Assembly (NCBI GenBank): GCA_013416795.1
Contig: RQSC01000008.1
Location: forward strand, 8,767 to 72,766
DNA length: 64,000 nucleotides
From: Prasinococcaceae sp. CCMP 1430
Lineage: Eukaryota; Plantae; Prasinodermophyta
Direction of reading: 5' to 3'
The position numbers and the translations under genes were made by a program. This document shows positions 22,654 to 33,766 of this stretch, piece by piece (positions within the stretch are counted from its first letter, which is position 1; every line of letters starts with the position of its first letter). The notes under the pieces are model-generated. The model saw only the letters and a program-made list of their open reading frames with translations. It was not told the origin of the DNA and searched no databases.

Positions 22654-24163
22654 GGCCACCTGGCGCCCTCCCCCCCCGCTCCCCGCTCGAGCTCCGCGCG
22701 CAATCGGCTCGTCTCGCCAGCTCGAGCACCGCGCCGAAATCCGGCGCTCCCCCGCCCTCTTGTCGTGGCCGGCGCAGGCCAGCGCAGCGCCCGGTGGCGG
22801 GGCGTCGGCGTCGCCCTACGACTTCCCCGTGCGCGAGGGCGCGACAATGGACAATGGGCGCTACGTGTTGCAGACAGTGGTCGGGAAGGGCTCGTTCGGC
22901 CAGGTCGCGCGCGCGACCGACCTGACGACCGGCGAGCTCGTCGCGATTAAGATCGTGCAGGCACGCACGGCGTTCACTCAGCAGGCGCGCAAGGAGATAG
23001 CCATGCTCTACTTGCTCAACGAAGCCGACCCGAGAGACGAGCGTTTCGTCGTGCGGCTTCAGCGGCACTTCGTGGAGGCGGGAAAGTGGCAGTGCCTCGT
23101 CTTCGAGCACCTGTCGTACTCGCTCTTCGACCTGCTGCGGAACACCTCCTTCCAGGGCATCAGCCTTTCGCTCGTGCGAAAGCTCACAGTGCAGGTGCTC
23201 AACGCGATGGACTTCCTTGCAAAGCAGGCGCCGTCCGTGGTGCACTGCGACATCAAACCGGAGAATGTCTTGCTGCGCCACCCGACGCGCTCGTTGGTCA
23301 AGTTGATCGATTTTGGCTCGAGCTGCCTCGAGGGGATGACGGAGTACACGTACGTGCAGAGCCGGTTCTACCGCTCGCCTGAGGTCATGCTGGGGATGCC
23401 GTACGGCCCAGGCGTCGACATGTGGTCGCTGGGCTGCATGATGATGGAACTGCACAGCGGCGAGCCGCTCTTCGGCGGGCGCGATGAGTCCGACCAGCTG
23501 TGGCGCATTGCGATGGCGCTGGGAGAGGCGCCGCAGCACATCTTGCAGCAGGCGTCGCATCGCAAGCAGAAGACTCTGCTGCAGAGGCGTGGGGGGGGCG
23601 AAGCGGCCAAGAACGCACCGCTTGAGCTCCAGCCGACGAACGGGCACACGCCGAAGGCCTGCAACATGAAGCCGCTCGCGACGACGTTGGCGAACGCCCG
23701 ACGACGCGCCGTGGCGCGCGTGGAGGCGCGCGCGGCACGCGAGGCGAGCGCGGCGGCGAGTGGCGCGGGTGCCACTGCCGCGGGTCGCCCTGCGGCGCCT
23801 GTTGACTCGCAGGGAGACTACGACGCCTTCCTTGAGCTCGTGTCTGCTATGCTCACCTACGATCCTGCGGAGCGAATCAAGCCCGACCAGGCGCTCGCGT
23901 CGCGCTTCATCCGAGGTGCCACGTCGTCACCGTCGTCGCCAGTCGCCAGTAGTGCGTGCGGCGCCTCTGGGACATCGGCAGGATCGAAGAGGAAGGCGGC
24001 GCTCGCGACCCCGGAGAGGCCTCAAGCCGACGGCACTGCTGTGGTGACCGTGCCGGTGATTGCGCCCCCGCCCTGCGCGGCCATCAATGGCCTTCGCCGC
24101 GTCAAACCGGGAGGCGCGGGATGCCACAAGGACGTGCGACAGAGCACGGGGAAGCGTTACTGA
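22652..24163 (+). CDS. DYRK-family (DYRK1/Yak1-like) dual-specificity kinase
   Basis: GKGSFGQV, VAIK, HCDIKPEN, DFGSSC, activation loop YTYVQSRFYRSPE, DMWSLGC; DH-box-like YDFPVREG. Confidence 0.9.
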   Translation: MATWRPPPPLPARAPRAIGSSRQLEHRAEIRRSPALLSWPAQASAAPGGGASASPYDFPVREGATMDNGRYVLQTVVGKGSFGQVARATDLTTGELVAIKIVQARTAFTQQARKEIAMLYLLNEADPRDERFVVRLQRHFVEAGKWQCLVFEHLSYSLFDLLRNTSFQGISLSLVRKLTVQVLNAMDFLAKQAPSVVHCDIKPENVLLRHPTRSLVKLIDFGSSCLEGMTEYTYVQSRFYRSPEVMLGMPYGPGVDMWSLGCMMMELHSGEPLFGGRDESDQLWRIAMALGEAPQHILQQASHRKQKTLLQRRGGGEAAKNAPLELQPTNGHTPKACNMKPLATTLANARRRAVARVEARAAREASAAASGAGATAAGRPAAPVDSQGDYDAFLELVSAMLTYDPAERIKPDQALASRFIRGATSSPSSPVASSACGASGTSAGSKRKAALATPERPQADGTAVVTVPVIAPPPCAAINGLRRVKPGGAGCHKDVRQSTGKRY

Positions 24164-24542
24164 GCGAATTTCCGCAAGGCCCCGACCGGCGTCCGCTTCC
24201 ACGCCGTCCCGTGCCACATGATTGTGCCTTCCGCTACCTCAACACACCGTGTACAACATCAACATGTACTTCCTTTTTTTCCTACGTCGGGAGCGAAGAC
24301 GGCGCCGCCCGCAGCGGCGTCCTCACCATTTACCCCACCACGCGCACTGGCATAGCGGCGGGCTACCCGCCCGGCCGATACGACACGCTCTGGAACCCCC
24401 TGTACATCTATTACCTTCACCGTGTCGACAGTAAGGCAGAGCCGTTTTTTTTGGTGCACTCATGACCACTGCCGTGCACCGTCGCTCGCGCGGTGTGCCA
24501 CGCTCGGCGCGCCCGCGGAGCTATGTGCTGGTCGGCTGTTGG

Positions 24543-24938
24543 CTAGCGCGGGATCATTACAGAGCGCGGCATCAGGCCACCGAACGCCGAGGCCTTCGGC
24601 ACGAAGGTGATCTCCTCGTCGTCGCCATCGTCAGCGGCAGCCGCAGCCGGCGTTGGCAGCACCGTCGCGGGCGCGGGCTGCAGGAGCTCCTGCAGGAGGC
24701 TGGGCTGCGGCGCCTCCTGTGGGGGCGGCGGCAGCCCCTGCGCGGGCGGCTGTTGATGAATGATCTGCTCGATCAGGCTCGGCTGCGGCGGCTGCGAGGG
24801 GTGTTGTGAGGGATGTTGCGGCTGCTGGTGCGGAGGCCGCTGCAGCAGCCTCGGCACCAGCGTGGACTCAGGGGCGGCCGGGGAAGGCGACTGCAGCTTG
24901 TCCTTTCTCTTGTCCTTTTTCTTCTTCTCCTTCGCCGC

Positions 24939-24972
<34 letters not shown>

Positions 24973-25469
24973 AAGGGTTCTTGTTGCCGCTGCACGGACG
25001 GCGGCGGTGGCATCGACGGTGCAGCAAAGAGCTTGTCGAGTGGCGATGGTGGAGGCTGCTGTTGGTGGTGGTGCGCCTGCTGCTGTTGCTGCTGCTGATA
25101 CCCCTGCGACGGGGACAGGAGCTTGTCGAGCGGCGATGCCCGCTGGGTGCCCTGCGGCGCCTGTGCGACGGGCGGCGGTGCCCCCCCAAGCGAGGCTGCC
25201 ATCGCCGACACGCTCATCTGCCTGCGCATAATGTCCAGCTCCCCCTCGAGCTTGGCCTTCTCCGTCTGCAGGGCCTCGTGGCGGCCCATGAGGTCCACGT
25301 TGGCAGCCTTGAGCATTTCGATGGTGCTCGTGGCGGTGTCGTCGCGCCGCTGCATCTCGGCGTGCATGTACTCTGCGAACGAGGTGAACTCGGAGCGCTC
25401 CGTCTCGCGCAGGCGGCGCTCGTTGGCCACGAGGTCGTACGCGTTCTGCGCCGTGATCGCCGCCGGCAT
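24543..25469 (-). CDS. Hypothetical protein with N-terminal coiled coil and Q/P-rich tail
   Basis: ATG-initiated 308-aa ORF with coiled-coil-like N-half, poly-Q and a basic KKKK patch. Confidence 0.65.
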
Positions 25470-25669
25470 CGCGCCCGCCGGCGGGCCGCGCGTGGGCGCC
25501 GGTGGCTCGCCCGCGCCGCATCTGTGAACGCGCCGTAGGAGAAGAGCGCGGAGTAGCGCAGGAGCAGGGCGCCCGCGCGCCCGCTGCGCCTTTTTTTTTT
25601 TTTTTTGCCGCCGCGCGAAACCGATCCGGCCGATCGCTCCGCCCGTGCGTTTCGGGCTGCGCGCGCGCG

Positions 25670-25880
25670 GTCATCCCACGGATGACTGGTTTGGGATTTT
25701 TCCACCGAGGGATGACCATTCTGGGGAAAAAGGCATCGAGGACGACTGATGTGGGATTATTTGGCGCAGAGGATGACTGATCTGGGATTCATTGGGACAG
25801 GGATGACTGATCCGGAATTAATCGCACAGCGGATGATTGATCTGGGATTTCTGGCCATTTTGGATGACAATCCTGGGAAA
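25670..25880. repeat. Phased array: 7 copies of GGATGACTGATCTGGGATT-like motif at 30-31 bp period with variable spacers
   Basis: Copies start near 25680, 25710, 25740, 25771, 25801, 25831, 25862. Confidence 0.85.
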
Positions 25881-26571
25881 ACCCCTTTTTTTAAAGGGGG
25901 GGGGGAGCAGGAGCGGAAACGGAAACAGGCACACACTTCGGCAAAAAAAAAAAGGGGAGGGACGGACGGACGGACGGACGGAAGCTCCTTCGCGTCCCCC
26001 TCGCCAGGCCCCAGGCCCCCCACTCCCGCGCGCGCTGTGGCGCGGCGGCGGCCGCGGCGCCGCGGGGAGGGACGGAGGGTTCGCGCGAATTTCGCGGCTG
26101 CGGCGGCTGCATGCGGGGAATTCGGCGCTGCGACGGCGACAGCCACACACGTCCGCGCGCGGTGTGGCCGGCGCGCGCGCGCACCGCGCGCCCGCTCCCG
26201 ACCGCCGTGCGATCGCCCGATACCAGTTCCAGTTCGCGCGCGCGCCATGCCGCGGATCGCAGGGCAAATCGCATGCGTCCGCTGCGCATGCGCTTTGACC
26301 TCTGCACGCTTTTTGTGCGCGCCGCGCGCGCGCGCGCGCGCACAAAAAATTTCGAGCGCGGGCGTTCCCGCCGCGCGGCCGGAACTCCGCGGCGCCGCGG
26401 CGGCGTCGCGGGCGCCCCGGGTGCGATGAGATGGCGCAACGCGCGCGCGAATCTGCGGAACGGGGCGCATTTCGCGGAGAGCGGGCGGAACGTCCATGCT
26501 GTCGCGCGCGCAGCAGCGCGACGACTGGGCGGCGAGGCGGGAGGAGCGAGGGGGGATGAGGAGGTGCGGGG

Positions 26572-29500
26572 GTGCGGGGGCAGCACACACCGCGCGCGGC
26601 GCGCACCGCGCGACGCGGTGCGGCGCGGGCCGCTCGTGTGCTGGGGAGCTTCCGGGGACGGGAGGTTCCGGGCTCTAGAGGCGCGCGCGGCGATGGCGCG
26701 CTCGCGCGAGGCGCCGGGCGTCACGCCGCCGTCGCCGCCGCGGAGAGGCGCCTGTCGGGCGGCGGCGCGGGCGCGCTCCCGCCAACGGAGCTCGCCAAGA
26801 CGCTGCTCGAGTGCAAGGATGAGCTTGCGGCGATGACGCAGTTCACCGCGGCGGGAGCCGCGAACGCCGGAAAGGGCAGCGCCGCGGCGGTCGCGGGCGC
26901 CAAGAAGGCGGTGGGCGCCTTCGCCCACACGCTGCTCACCAAGGAGATCGCGCGCCACCGGCGCGACAAGAGCGTGCCGCTGCTCGCCGCCTGCTGCGTG
27001 GCCGAGACGCTGCGGCTGTACGCTCCACTCGCGCCCTTCTCCGACTCGCAATTCTGTGAGGTGCTGCGGCTGTACACGGGCGCGCTCGGCCACGGGCTCT
27101 CCGACCCCTCGCGCAGCACGCTCTACGGGTGGGCGCTCGATCTGGTGCGCTCGTGCATTGAGACGCGCGCGGTTGTCGTCTTCCTCGACCTCGACGCCGA
27201 CGAGGCGCTGGTGCGACTCTTCGAGGCGCTCTTCGATTGCGTGGTGGGCGCCGAGCACTCGAGCGAGGCGCTAGACTCGATCGCGTCGCTCATGGCCATA
27301 CTCGTCACCGAGATGGATGACGTCTCGCAGCCGCTGCTCGATGTGATCCTCGGCAATCTGCTCAAGGCGCCCACGCACGCGCTCGAGGCGGGCGCCGCTG
27401 GCGGTGGCGGCGGCGGCGGCGGCGGCGCCCACGCTCCTGAGGCAGGAACGATCGCCGCGGCGGCGGGCGCGAGCGCTCCCGCGTGGCTCGCGCGTGCGCT
27501 GCTCGAACGCTGCGAGGACAAGCTCGACGCGCCTATCGCGCGCTTCCTGCGCTCGGCCATTGAGGGCGACAACCGCTCCGAGGCCGGTCAGTCGGACCTG
27601 CGGCGCGAGTATCGCCGCGTCGTGCTTGCCGTGCACGCTGTGCAGCCGCGACTGCTGCTCCATGTGCTTCCCGCACTGCAGTCCGAGCTCGAGGTCGAGG
27701 ATCTTGACAGCCGCTCCGAGGCGGTGGCCACCCTCGGAAGGGTCTTCGCAGCGCCCCCCCGCGACGGCGTGGACACCGCCGTCGACTACAAGCTCACGCT
27801 CTTCAAGGAGTTCCTCAGGCGCTTCGCCGATCGCGTGCCCACCGTGCGCGTGCAGATGCTCGAGTGGGGCCGCAAGTTTCTCGAGAGCAGAGCGGCGGGG
27901 GCGACCGCAGGCGGCGCCAAGAAGCGCGGTGGCGGCGCAACGGGTGGCGCCGCAGCTGAGTGCGCTGCTGCTGTCGCCGAGCGTATGGCGGAGCGCCTTT
28001 CAGATACCGACGACCGCGTGCGCGAGGCGGCCACCTCCGCGCTGCTTGGCGCGGCTACCTCAGCGGGTGCGGGCGCCATTTCGCAGCAGACCCTAGAGGC
28101 GGCTGCGGAGAGGCTCGCAGACAAGCGCATCGGCGTGCGCCGCGCGGCGCTCAGCGCACTGGCGCAGCTGTACCGCAAACAAGGGTCCGCGTCGTCTCCA
28201 CAGCACGACAGGCTCGGTTGGGTGCCCGGGCGCGTACTGCAGGCCCTGCTGCCATCGCTAGGCATCGCACGCGAGGTCGAAGAACTGCTCGCTGGCGGCA
28301 TGCTCATGCCAGCGGGCGCGTCGGCGGCGGAACGTGCGGCGTGCTGGGCCTTTGCTCTAGCCAAGCTGCCCAGGGGCTTCGCATCGGCGGAGGCCAAGGC
28401 ACTTCTCGCCTTGCTCGCGCGGAAGGACGAGGGCCGTGTGGCACTGCTTGCTTTCCTGCGCTCCAACCCCGCTGGCAAGGCCAAGGAGGGCGTGGACTGT
28501 GCTGCGCTCGCCGAGCGCGCAGGGAGGCTCGCTGGCGGTGATGCGATGGGCGAAACGCTCGCGATGGCTGCAGGCACGGTGCGCGATGCGCGCGTCTGGC
28601 GGCGCTCGCTCGAGGCGTGCGATGCGGAGGCGCCGGTGGCGAAGGCCGCCGAAGCGCGCGCCGACGCGCTCTCGCGGCTGGGCGGCAAGCACTCGGCAGC
28701 GCAGGCGCTTCGCCGCTGCCTGTCGTTCGCGTCGTACGACGTCCTTGACTGCGAGATGGCCGAGGCGGCCGTGTGCGCACTCGAACGCGGCGCCAAGGCA
28801 GGCAACGCCGGCCGTGCGTACGTCAACGCGCACTGCATGCTGCTCAGAGCGATCGCGGCGGGCTCGCCCGAGCTGCTCGAGAGCCGCGCCGAGCGCCTGG
28901 CGAGCCTCGCTGCGGGCAAGGACAAGTTCACCGCTCGCGCGGCGGTCAACGCCCTGGCGGTGCTGGGCACCTCGTGCAAGGGTGCGCGCGATGCAATCGC
29001 CGGCGCCGCGTCCGAGCTTGAGCGCCACGCGCTGGGTGAAGGTCGCGAGGCTGCCAAGGACGCAGTGGTCGCTCTGAGCACGCTTGGTGGCAAGGTGGCG
29101 GTGGAGTCGCTGGAGCGCGTGTGTGCCGCTGCTGTTGAGGAAATGAGCACGGGCAAAGGTGCTGTGCTGCCTGGCGGCGCGCGCCTGCCTTCGCTGCTGC
29201 AGGCGGTTGCATGCGCTGCACAGCGCTGCAGCGAGGCCTACGCGCCGCACGAGGGCGCCTTCGCGCGCTTCCTTGTTCAGCGCGTGCTCTCGTGCACGTG
29301 TGGCGAGGAGGGTGATCCGGACACGGTGGAGGAGTGCCTGGCTGCTTCACGGGCCGAAGGAGAGGATGAGGACGCGATGGATGAGGACGTCGATGACGCG
29401 TGGGATGACGTCGCCACACCTGCGAGCACCGCGCACGAGCTTGCCATCAAGGCGCTGGCGCGCTCGTTCGACTACGAAGTCAACACCCCTGCCGGTGCGC

Positions 29501-30993
29501 AGCGGGCCATCGCTCTTCGCCGCAAGGGCCTCGCAGGCGCCATGCGCGTGCTGCATGCCATCATCACCAAGGGGGGCGAGCTGTCGCCGGGACTGTGCGG
29601 CCGGGGGTTACGTGGGGCAGGGCGCCGCGCACGCTGTCGCGTTGTGGCCGCGAAGGGCATCCTGCGGCTGGCGCGCCGCTGGGACGCTGCACTGCCACCC
29701 GCCCTACTGCATGAGGCGGCACTTGTTGTGCAGGACAGTTCCTACGATGCGCGCGTGGCCATGCTTGGCGCGCTGCGCAAGCGCCTCCTTCGCGGCGATC
29801 TCAAGGCCCGCTGGGCGGGCGCCCTGGCGTTGAGTGCCGTCGATGTCGAACGTGACAATGCAGATGCGGGGCGAGCAGCGCTCGACCGCTGGGCGTCCAA
29901 GCGCAGGCGGCTGCTCGCAACACGCAGCGTGAAGGACGGCAACGGCGCCATGGCCATGAACGTGGCACACCTGCAGCCTGAGGCGTCGGTGGCTTTCCTG
30001 GTGCACCTGCTGTCACATCATCCCGACTATGACTACGAGCTGTCGCCCCCGGTGGATGCGGCAGACGCGCCGTTTGGCTCCTTCCAACGCGTGCTCGCGT
30101 GCCTACTCGGAACCGTGCTTGCACCCGATGCAAATGCGTCGCTTGTCGCGGGTGGCGGCGCGCTGCACAGCGTGTTGGCGCTCTTGCGCGGCATCAAACG
30201 CTGCAGTGACAAGACCGCACCCCATGAGGACGTCGGTGGCCCTGCCGCTTTGGCGGCCGCGCGCCGGCTGCACGTGGTAGCAGACGTTGCCATCACCGTG
30301 GCGAAGGCCCTTGCGGCGCGTGGAGGTGCGTCTGGCAATGCTGAGGACAGCGAGGCGTCCCTCGGGGGAGGCATAGCGCTGCCAGCCTCGCTGTTTACCG
30401 CAGATACTGCCCAGCACAAGGCGTCTACGGACGGTGCCAACCTGCCTCCGGGCTTCGAGCTGCTGGATCTCAAGGGATACATGGTCGCCGACAAGAAGGG
30501 CGCCAAGAAGGGCGCCGCCGCAAAGGCCACCAAGACCACCAAAGGGGGCACCAAGAAGGCGAAGACCACCATTGCCGAGCCCGCCAACGACATCGATGTG
30601 GAGAAGGCTACTGCTGGTGACGAGGAGGGCGACACGGACGACGAGGAGAGTGAGGAAGAGCAAGAGGTGCTGCCCGTGAGCCGTCGCGCGCGTGCCGCAG
30701 CAGCTGCGGCACAGGCGGCGGTCGCCGATGATCCTGCTGGGGGCTCGTCGCCACCGAAGCGCTCGCGCCGCGGCTCTGGGCCCGAAGTAGATGGTGATGC
30801 TGAGGACGACGAAGAGAACGAGGGCGCCGCATCGCCATCGAAGCGCGCGCGACGCGGCATGGCCGCCAGCAGGCCCAAGAAGGTTTCGCCGCCACCTGCG
30901 GAGGCAGGGGCCACAAAGGCCAGGCCGCTCGGTGACCACAACCCTGCTGTGGCGGGCACGCGCCGAAGCACGCGCGCCTCAGCGCGCGCGTGA
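26572..30993 (+). CDS. PDS5: Cohesin-associated HEAT-repeat protein PDS5 (start uncertain)
   Basis: RDKSVPLLAACCVAETLRLYAP.APF, VLPALQSELEVEDLDSR, RRFADR, RLSDTDDRVR, QPE...FLVHLLSHHPDY, acidic/basic tail. Confidence 0.88.
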   Translation: MRGQHTPRAARTARRGAARAARVLGSFRGREVPGSRGARGDGALARGAGRHAAVAAAERRLSGGGAGALPPTELAKTLLECKDELAAMTQFTAAGAANAGKGSAAAVAGAKKAVGAFAHTLLTKEIARHRRDKSVPLLAACCVAETLRLYAPLAPFSDSQFCEVLRLYTGALGHGLSDPSRSTLYGWALDLVRSCIETRAVVVFLDLDADEALVRLFEALFDCVVGAEHSSEALDSIASLMAILVTEMDDVSQPLLDVILGNLLKAPTHALEAGAAGGGGGGGGGAHAPEAGTIAAAAGASAPAWLARALLERCEDKLDAPIARFLRSAIEGDNRSEAGQSDLRREYRRVVLAVHAVQPRLLLHVLPALQSELEVEDLDSRSEAVATLGRVFAAPPRDGVDTAVDYKLTLFKEFLRRFADRVPTVRVQMLEWGRKFLESRAAGATAGGAKKRGGGATGGAAAECAAAVAERMAERLSDTDDRVREAATSALLGAATSAGAGAISQQTLEAAAERLADKRIGVRRAALSALAQLYRKQGSASSPQHDRLGWVPGRVLQALLPSLGIAREVEELLAGGMLMPAGASAAERAACWAFALAKLPRGFASAEAKALLALLARKDEGRVALLAFLRSNPAGKAKEGVDCAALAERAGRLAGGDAMGETLAMAAGTVRDARVWRRSLEACDAEAPVAKAAEARADALSRLGGKHSAAQALRRCLSFASYDVLDCEMAEAAVCALERGAKAGNAGRAYVNAHCMLLRAIAAGSPELLESRAERLASLAAGKDKFTARAAVNALAVLGTSCKGARDAIAGAASELERHALGEGREAAKDAVVALSTLGGKVAVESLERVCAAAVEEMSTGKGAVLPGGARLPSLLQAVACAAQRCSEAYAPHEGAFARFLVQRVLSCTCGEEGDPDTVEECLAASRAEGEDEDAMDEDVDDAWDDVATPASTAHELAIKALARSFDYEVNTPAGAQRAIALRRKGLAGAMRVLHAIITKGGELSPGLCGRGLRGAGRRARCRVVAAKGILRLARRWDAALPPALLHEAALVVQDSSYDARVAMLGALRKRLLRGDLKARWAGALALSAVDVERDNADAGRAALDRWASKRRRLLATRSVKDGNGAMAMNVAHLQPEASVAFLVHLLSHHPDYDYELSPPVDAADAPFGSFQRVLACLLGTVLAPDANASLVAGGGALHSVLALLRGIKRCSDKTAPHEDVGGPAALAAARRLHVVADVAITVAKALAARGGASGNAEDSEASLGGGIALPASLFTADTAQHKASTDGANLPPGFELLDLKGYMVADKKGAKKGAAAKATKTTKGGTKKAKTTIAEPANDIDVEKATAGDEEGDTDDEESEEEQEVLPVSRRARAAAAAAQAAVADDPAGGSSPPKRSRRGSGPEVDGDAEDDEENEGAASPSKRARRGMAASRPKKVSPPPAEAGATKARPLGDHNPAVAGTRRSTRASARA

Positions 30994-31283
30994 TTTTGAG
31001 GCATCGCACGCGCAGGAGTGTGCGCACCCATCCGGGCATCCGTACCGGATGGCACTATGCGTCCCATCCTGACAGACAGCGATGCGACATGAGACTGCAA
31101 CGCTACTTGAACACAAAGACGAAGACAAAGCGCGAACATGGCAGGCCCCACGGAACGCACGCGTCGGATGGCGCGCCGTCGGTAGAGCCAGCCTATCTCG
31201 ACACATATTACCTTCGCTTTTACAGCAGTCAATCCATTCAGCGCCACCGCGCGCGCGGTAGAGAGGGAACCTGCACACAGCCC

Positions 31284-33766
31284 TCACGTCTGTGGCGACC
31301 GCGAGGCAGTCGCAATTGCCCACGGCCGGGCCTCGATGGGACGAGCCGCGAAAAAATCAGCACCAGCGCGCCCCTTGCACTGGATCGGGCACTGCTCGGG
31401 CGCACCATAGCTGCAGCCCGATTCGGACTCACCGCCCTCCGGAGAATCCTCCACCGACCTCTCGAGCGTCGTCGAGGCAGGAGGCTCGGCAGGCGCCCGC
31501 GCCTTCTTCCGCGGGCGTCTCCTCCCGCCCCGGTCCGCCTCCGTGCGCGCGTTTTCAAGCCTGCGCCTCGAGGACTGCACTATATTGCTGTACCAGGGCT
31601 TCGACCTGCAGCGCACACGCGCGGGCAGATGGGTGGGTGTACACGCGCGCATGGGCGCGTATCAGCACGAGTCTGGGCCAAGGACACGATTGGCACGCAC
31701 GTGCGACGAGAGGACGCCGTCTCTCACCTGAATTGCGCGAGCCTGTGCTCACGCGTCTTGGGCACGTACGCCTCTGCCGCCTCGCGTGCCTCTCGCTCGC
31801 GGCGCTCGCGCTCCTCGCGTAGGAGTGCGTTGCGCGCGATCGCGTCCGCGCGTTGCGCAGCGTTTTGCGCACGCCGCACGGCCGCCTCGTGCTCCACTCG
31901 CGCGAGCGCAACGCGCTCTTGGCAGCTGCGAACGAGCTCATCGTAATATCCGTTGCCGCCGCCAATCGCATCGCGAGTAGAAGCTGGGGTCCGCATCACC
32001 AACGCAACCTGCGGCGTCCCGACGGCGACACCCCCCGCGGTGGGGCGCTCATGCTTCGGCCGCTTTAGGCTGACTTTCAGCTTGAGCCCCGTGCGTGCAC
32101 TGACGCCATTGGCAACGCCAATGCTCGCGTGCGTCGCTGCGTCGGCGCCGACTGCTGCGTCACACCCCATCCCACCTCGATCGTGGTGCACGCCAGCACC
32201 CTTGCGTTTCCACCTCGCGAATCTCTCGGCCCTGCCTCTAAACACATGTGGAGGCGGCGGCGGGGGCGGCGGCGGGCCCTCGTCCGGCGCAGAGCAGCCG
32301 CCGAGCGCAGACTCGCGAGGTAGCAGGGCGCAAAAGACGCTGCGGGTGCGCCCCCAACCCTCTGAGCGAAGACATCGCCGTCTCACGCCGCACGCCTCGC
32401 ACGGCAGGTACAGCGTCTCCTCGCATGCCGAGAGCGCCGACGCGTCCCCGCCTCCGTTGGATGCCTGATGCGCCACCTCCACGCGGGCGTCCGCGAGCCC
32501 GCGCGCGCCTGCGCCAGGCGCATCACTCCCCGACGATGCGTTGTCAAGCTCGTCATCCGCGAAGAGTGCCATGTCGATGCGCACCGAGTCGCGCACGCAA
32601 GTGCACGGCCTCGCGCGCGCCCCATGCTCCACCCACGCGCGTGTAGCGAAGTTGGTTGACTCGGCTATGTTGAAGCCGCAGTTGAACCCAGCGTGGTAGG
32701 CACCTGGGAAGGTAATGACGTAGTCGCCGGGGCGCTGCACGAGGCGCACCACGCGCACGCCCCGCGCTTCGAGCAACCGCGGCGAAAACATGATCTCCTT
32801 GTGGCGCATGAACTCGCCGCAGCGCGCGCGCTCCTGGGGGAAGAGCGAGGCGGCCACGGACTCGAACTTGGCCTTTTCCGAGGTCGGCACAAAGTACCAC
32901 ACCTTGGGCGATCCGGCATGCAGGTAGTTCACGCTGTACAGGTCCATGTCCTCCGTGTGCCAAGCGAACAGCGCGCGGAAGGAGCCGAAGTACAGGTACG
33001 GCTCTGTGACGCCCGGGATTGCGTGGCCCGTGCGCCTCAGCGTGCGCCGCAGCATGGTGTCGAGATGGCGCACGCTCCAGGCGGGGCCGGGCGCGTCGCG
33101 GTCCCACAGGGATCCAGGAATGTCAGCGCCGTACAGGGGAGCTGCCATGCCGACGTTCTGGGTGGTTGGGTGGTTGGGTGGGTGCAGGGTGCGGTGGTGC
33201 GGTGTGAGGGCGCCAGCGCCGGGCGTCAGCCGCGTGTGCGGGCGGGCGCGTCGAACACGTCGCAGCGCGGCGCGCCACTGCGCGTACAGGCGCGCGGGCG
33301 CACCCTCCAGAACACCCTCTCGATGGCGTCGAGGTCGCCGCTCTCGAGCGCGCCGCGCGGCGGCTGCAGCGGCGCTCGCTCGGTTGCGGCCTTGAACGCA
33401 GGTATCTGCGGCCGGCGCCCTGCCCTTTCCTCCATGGACATGATGAAGCATCCCTGCGCGCTGCCGCCGCGCGTGCCGTGCTGCACGATGGCGGGCACGG
33501 CGGCCACCTCGCACTCGTCCCTGCCCAGGGCCTCGGCGCCGTAGCCCGCCCGCCGCGGCGTGAAGCCCTCGGGTCCGCGGATGCGCGCGCAGCCCGCGGC
33601 GGCGATGGCGCCCTCGTGCCGCGCCACGAACTGGTCGAACGGCCGCGCCAGGTCGTCCCAGTCGGCCCGGAGGAGCGGCACGTCCGCGTTGTGGCGCTCG
33701 AACTCTCCGTTGGAGCCCGCCGGGTGCGCCGCGGCGGGCGGCGGGGGGCGCGCCGCCACCCGCCAT
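31284..33766 (-). CDS. JmjN/JmjC histone lysine demethylase, KDM4-like (spliced; start frame anomalous)
   Basis: JmjN-like PLLRADWDDL..PF...AGCARIRGP; JmjC YGADIPGSL, PYLYFG..RALFAWHTEDMDLYSVNYLH, YHAGFNCGFNIAESTNFA. Confidence 0.88.

Noticed and set aside
25680-25880. CRISPR array
   Set aside because: Repeats are degenerate, spacers only ~11 bp, no cas genes, eukaryotic context; kept as a phased motif array instead.
4910-33766. Apparent cluster of chromatin genes (4CXXC finger, SMC6, TFIIS, PDS5, KDM4-like)
   Set aside because: Interspersed with unrelated metabolic genes in mixed orientation; no evidence beyond chance in a gene-dense genome.
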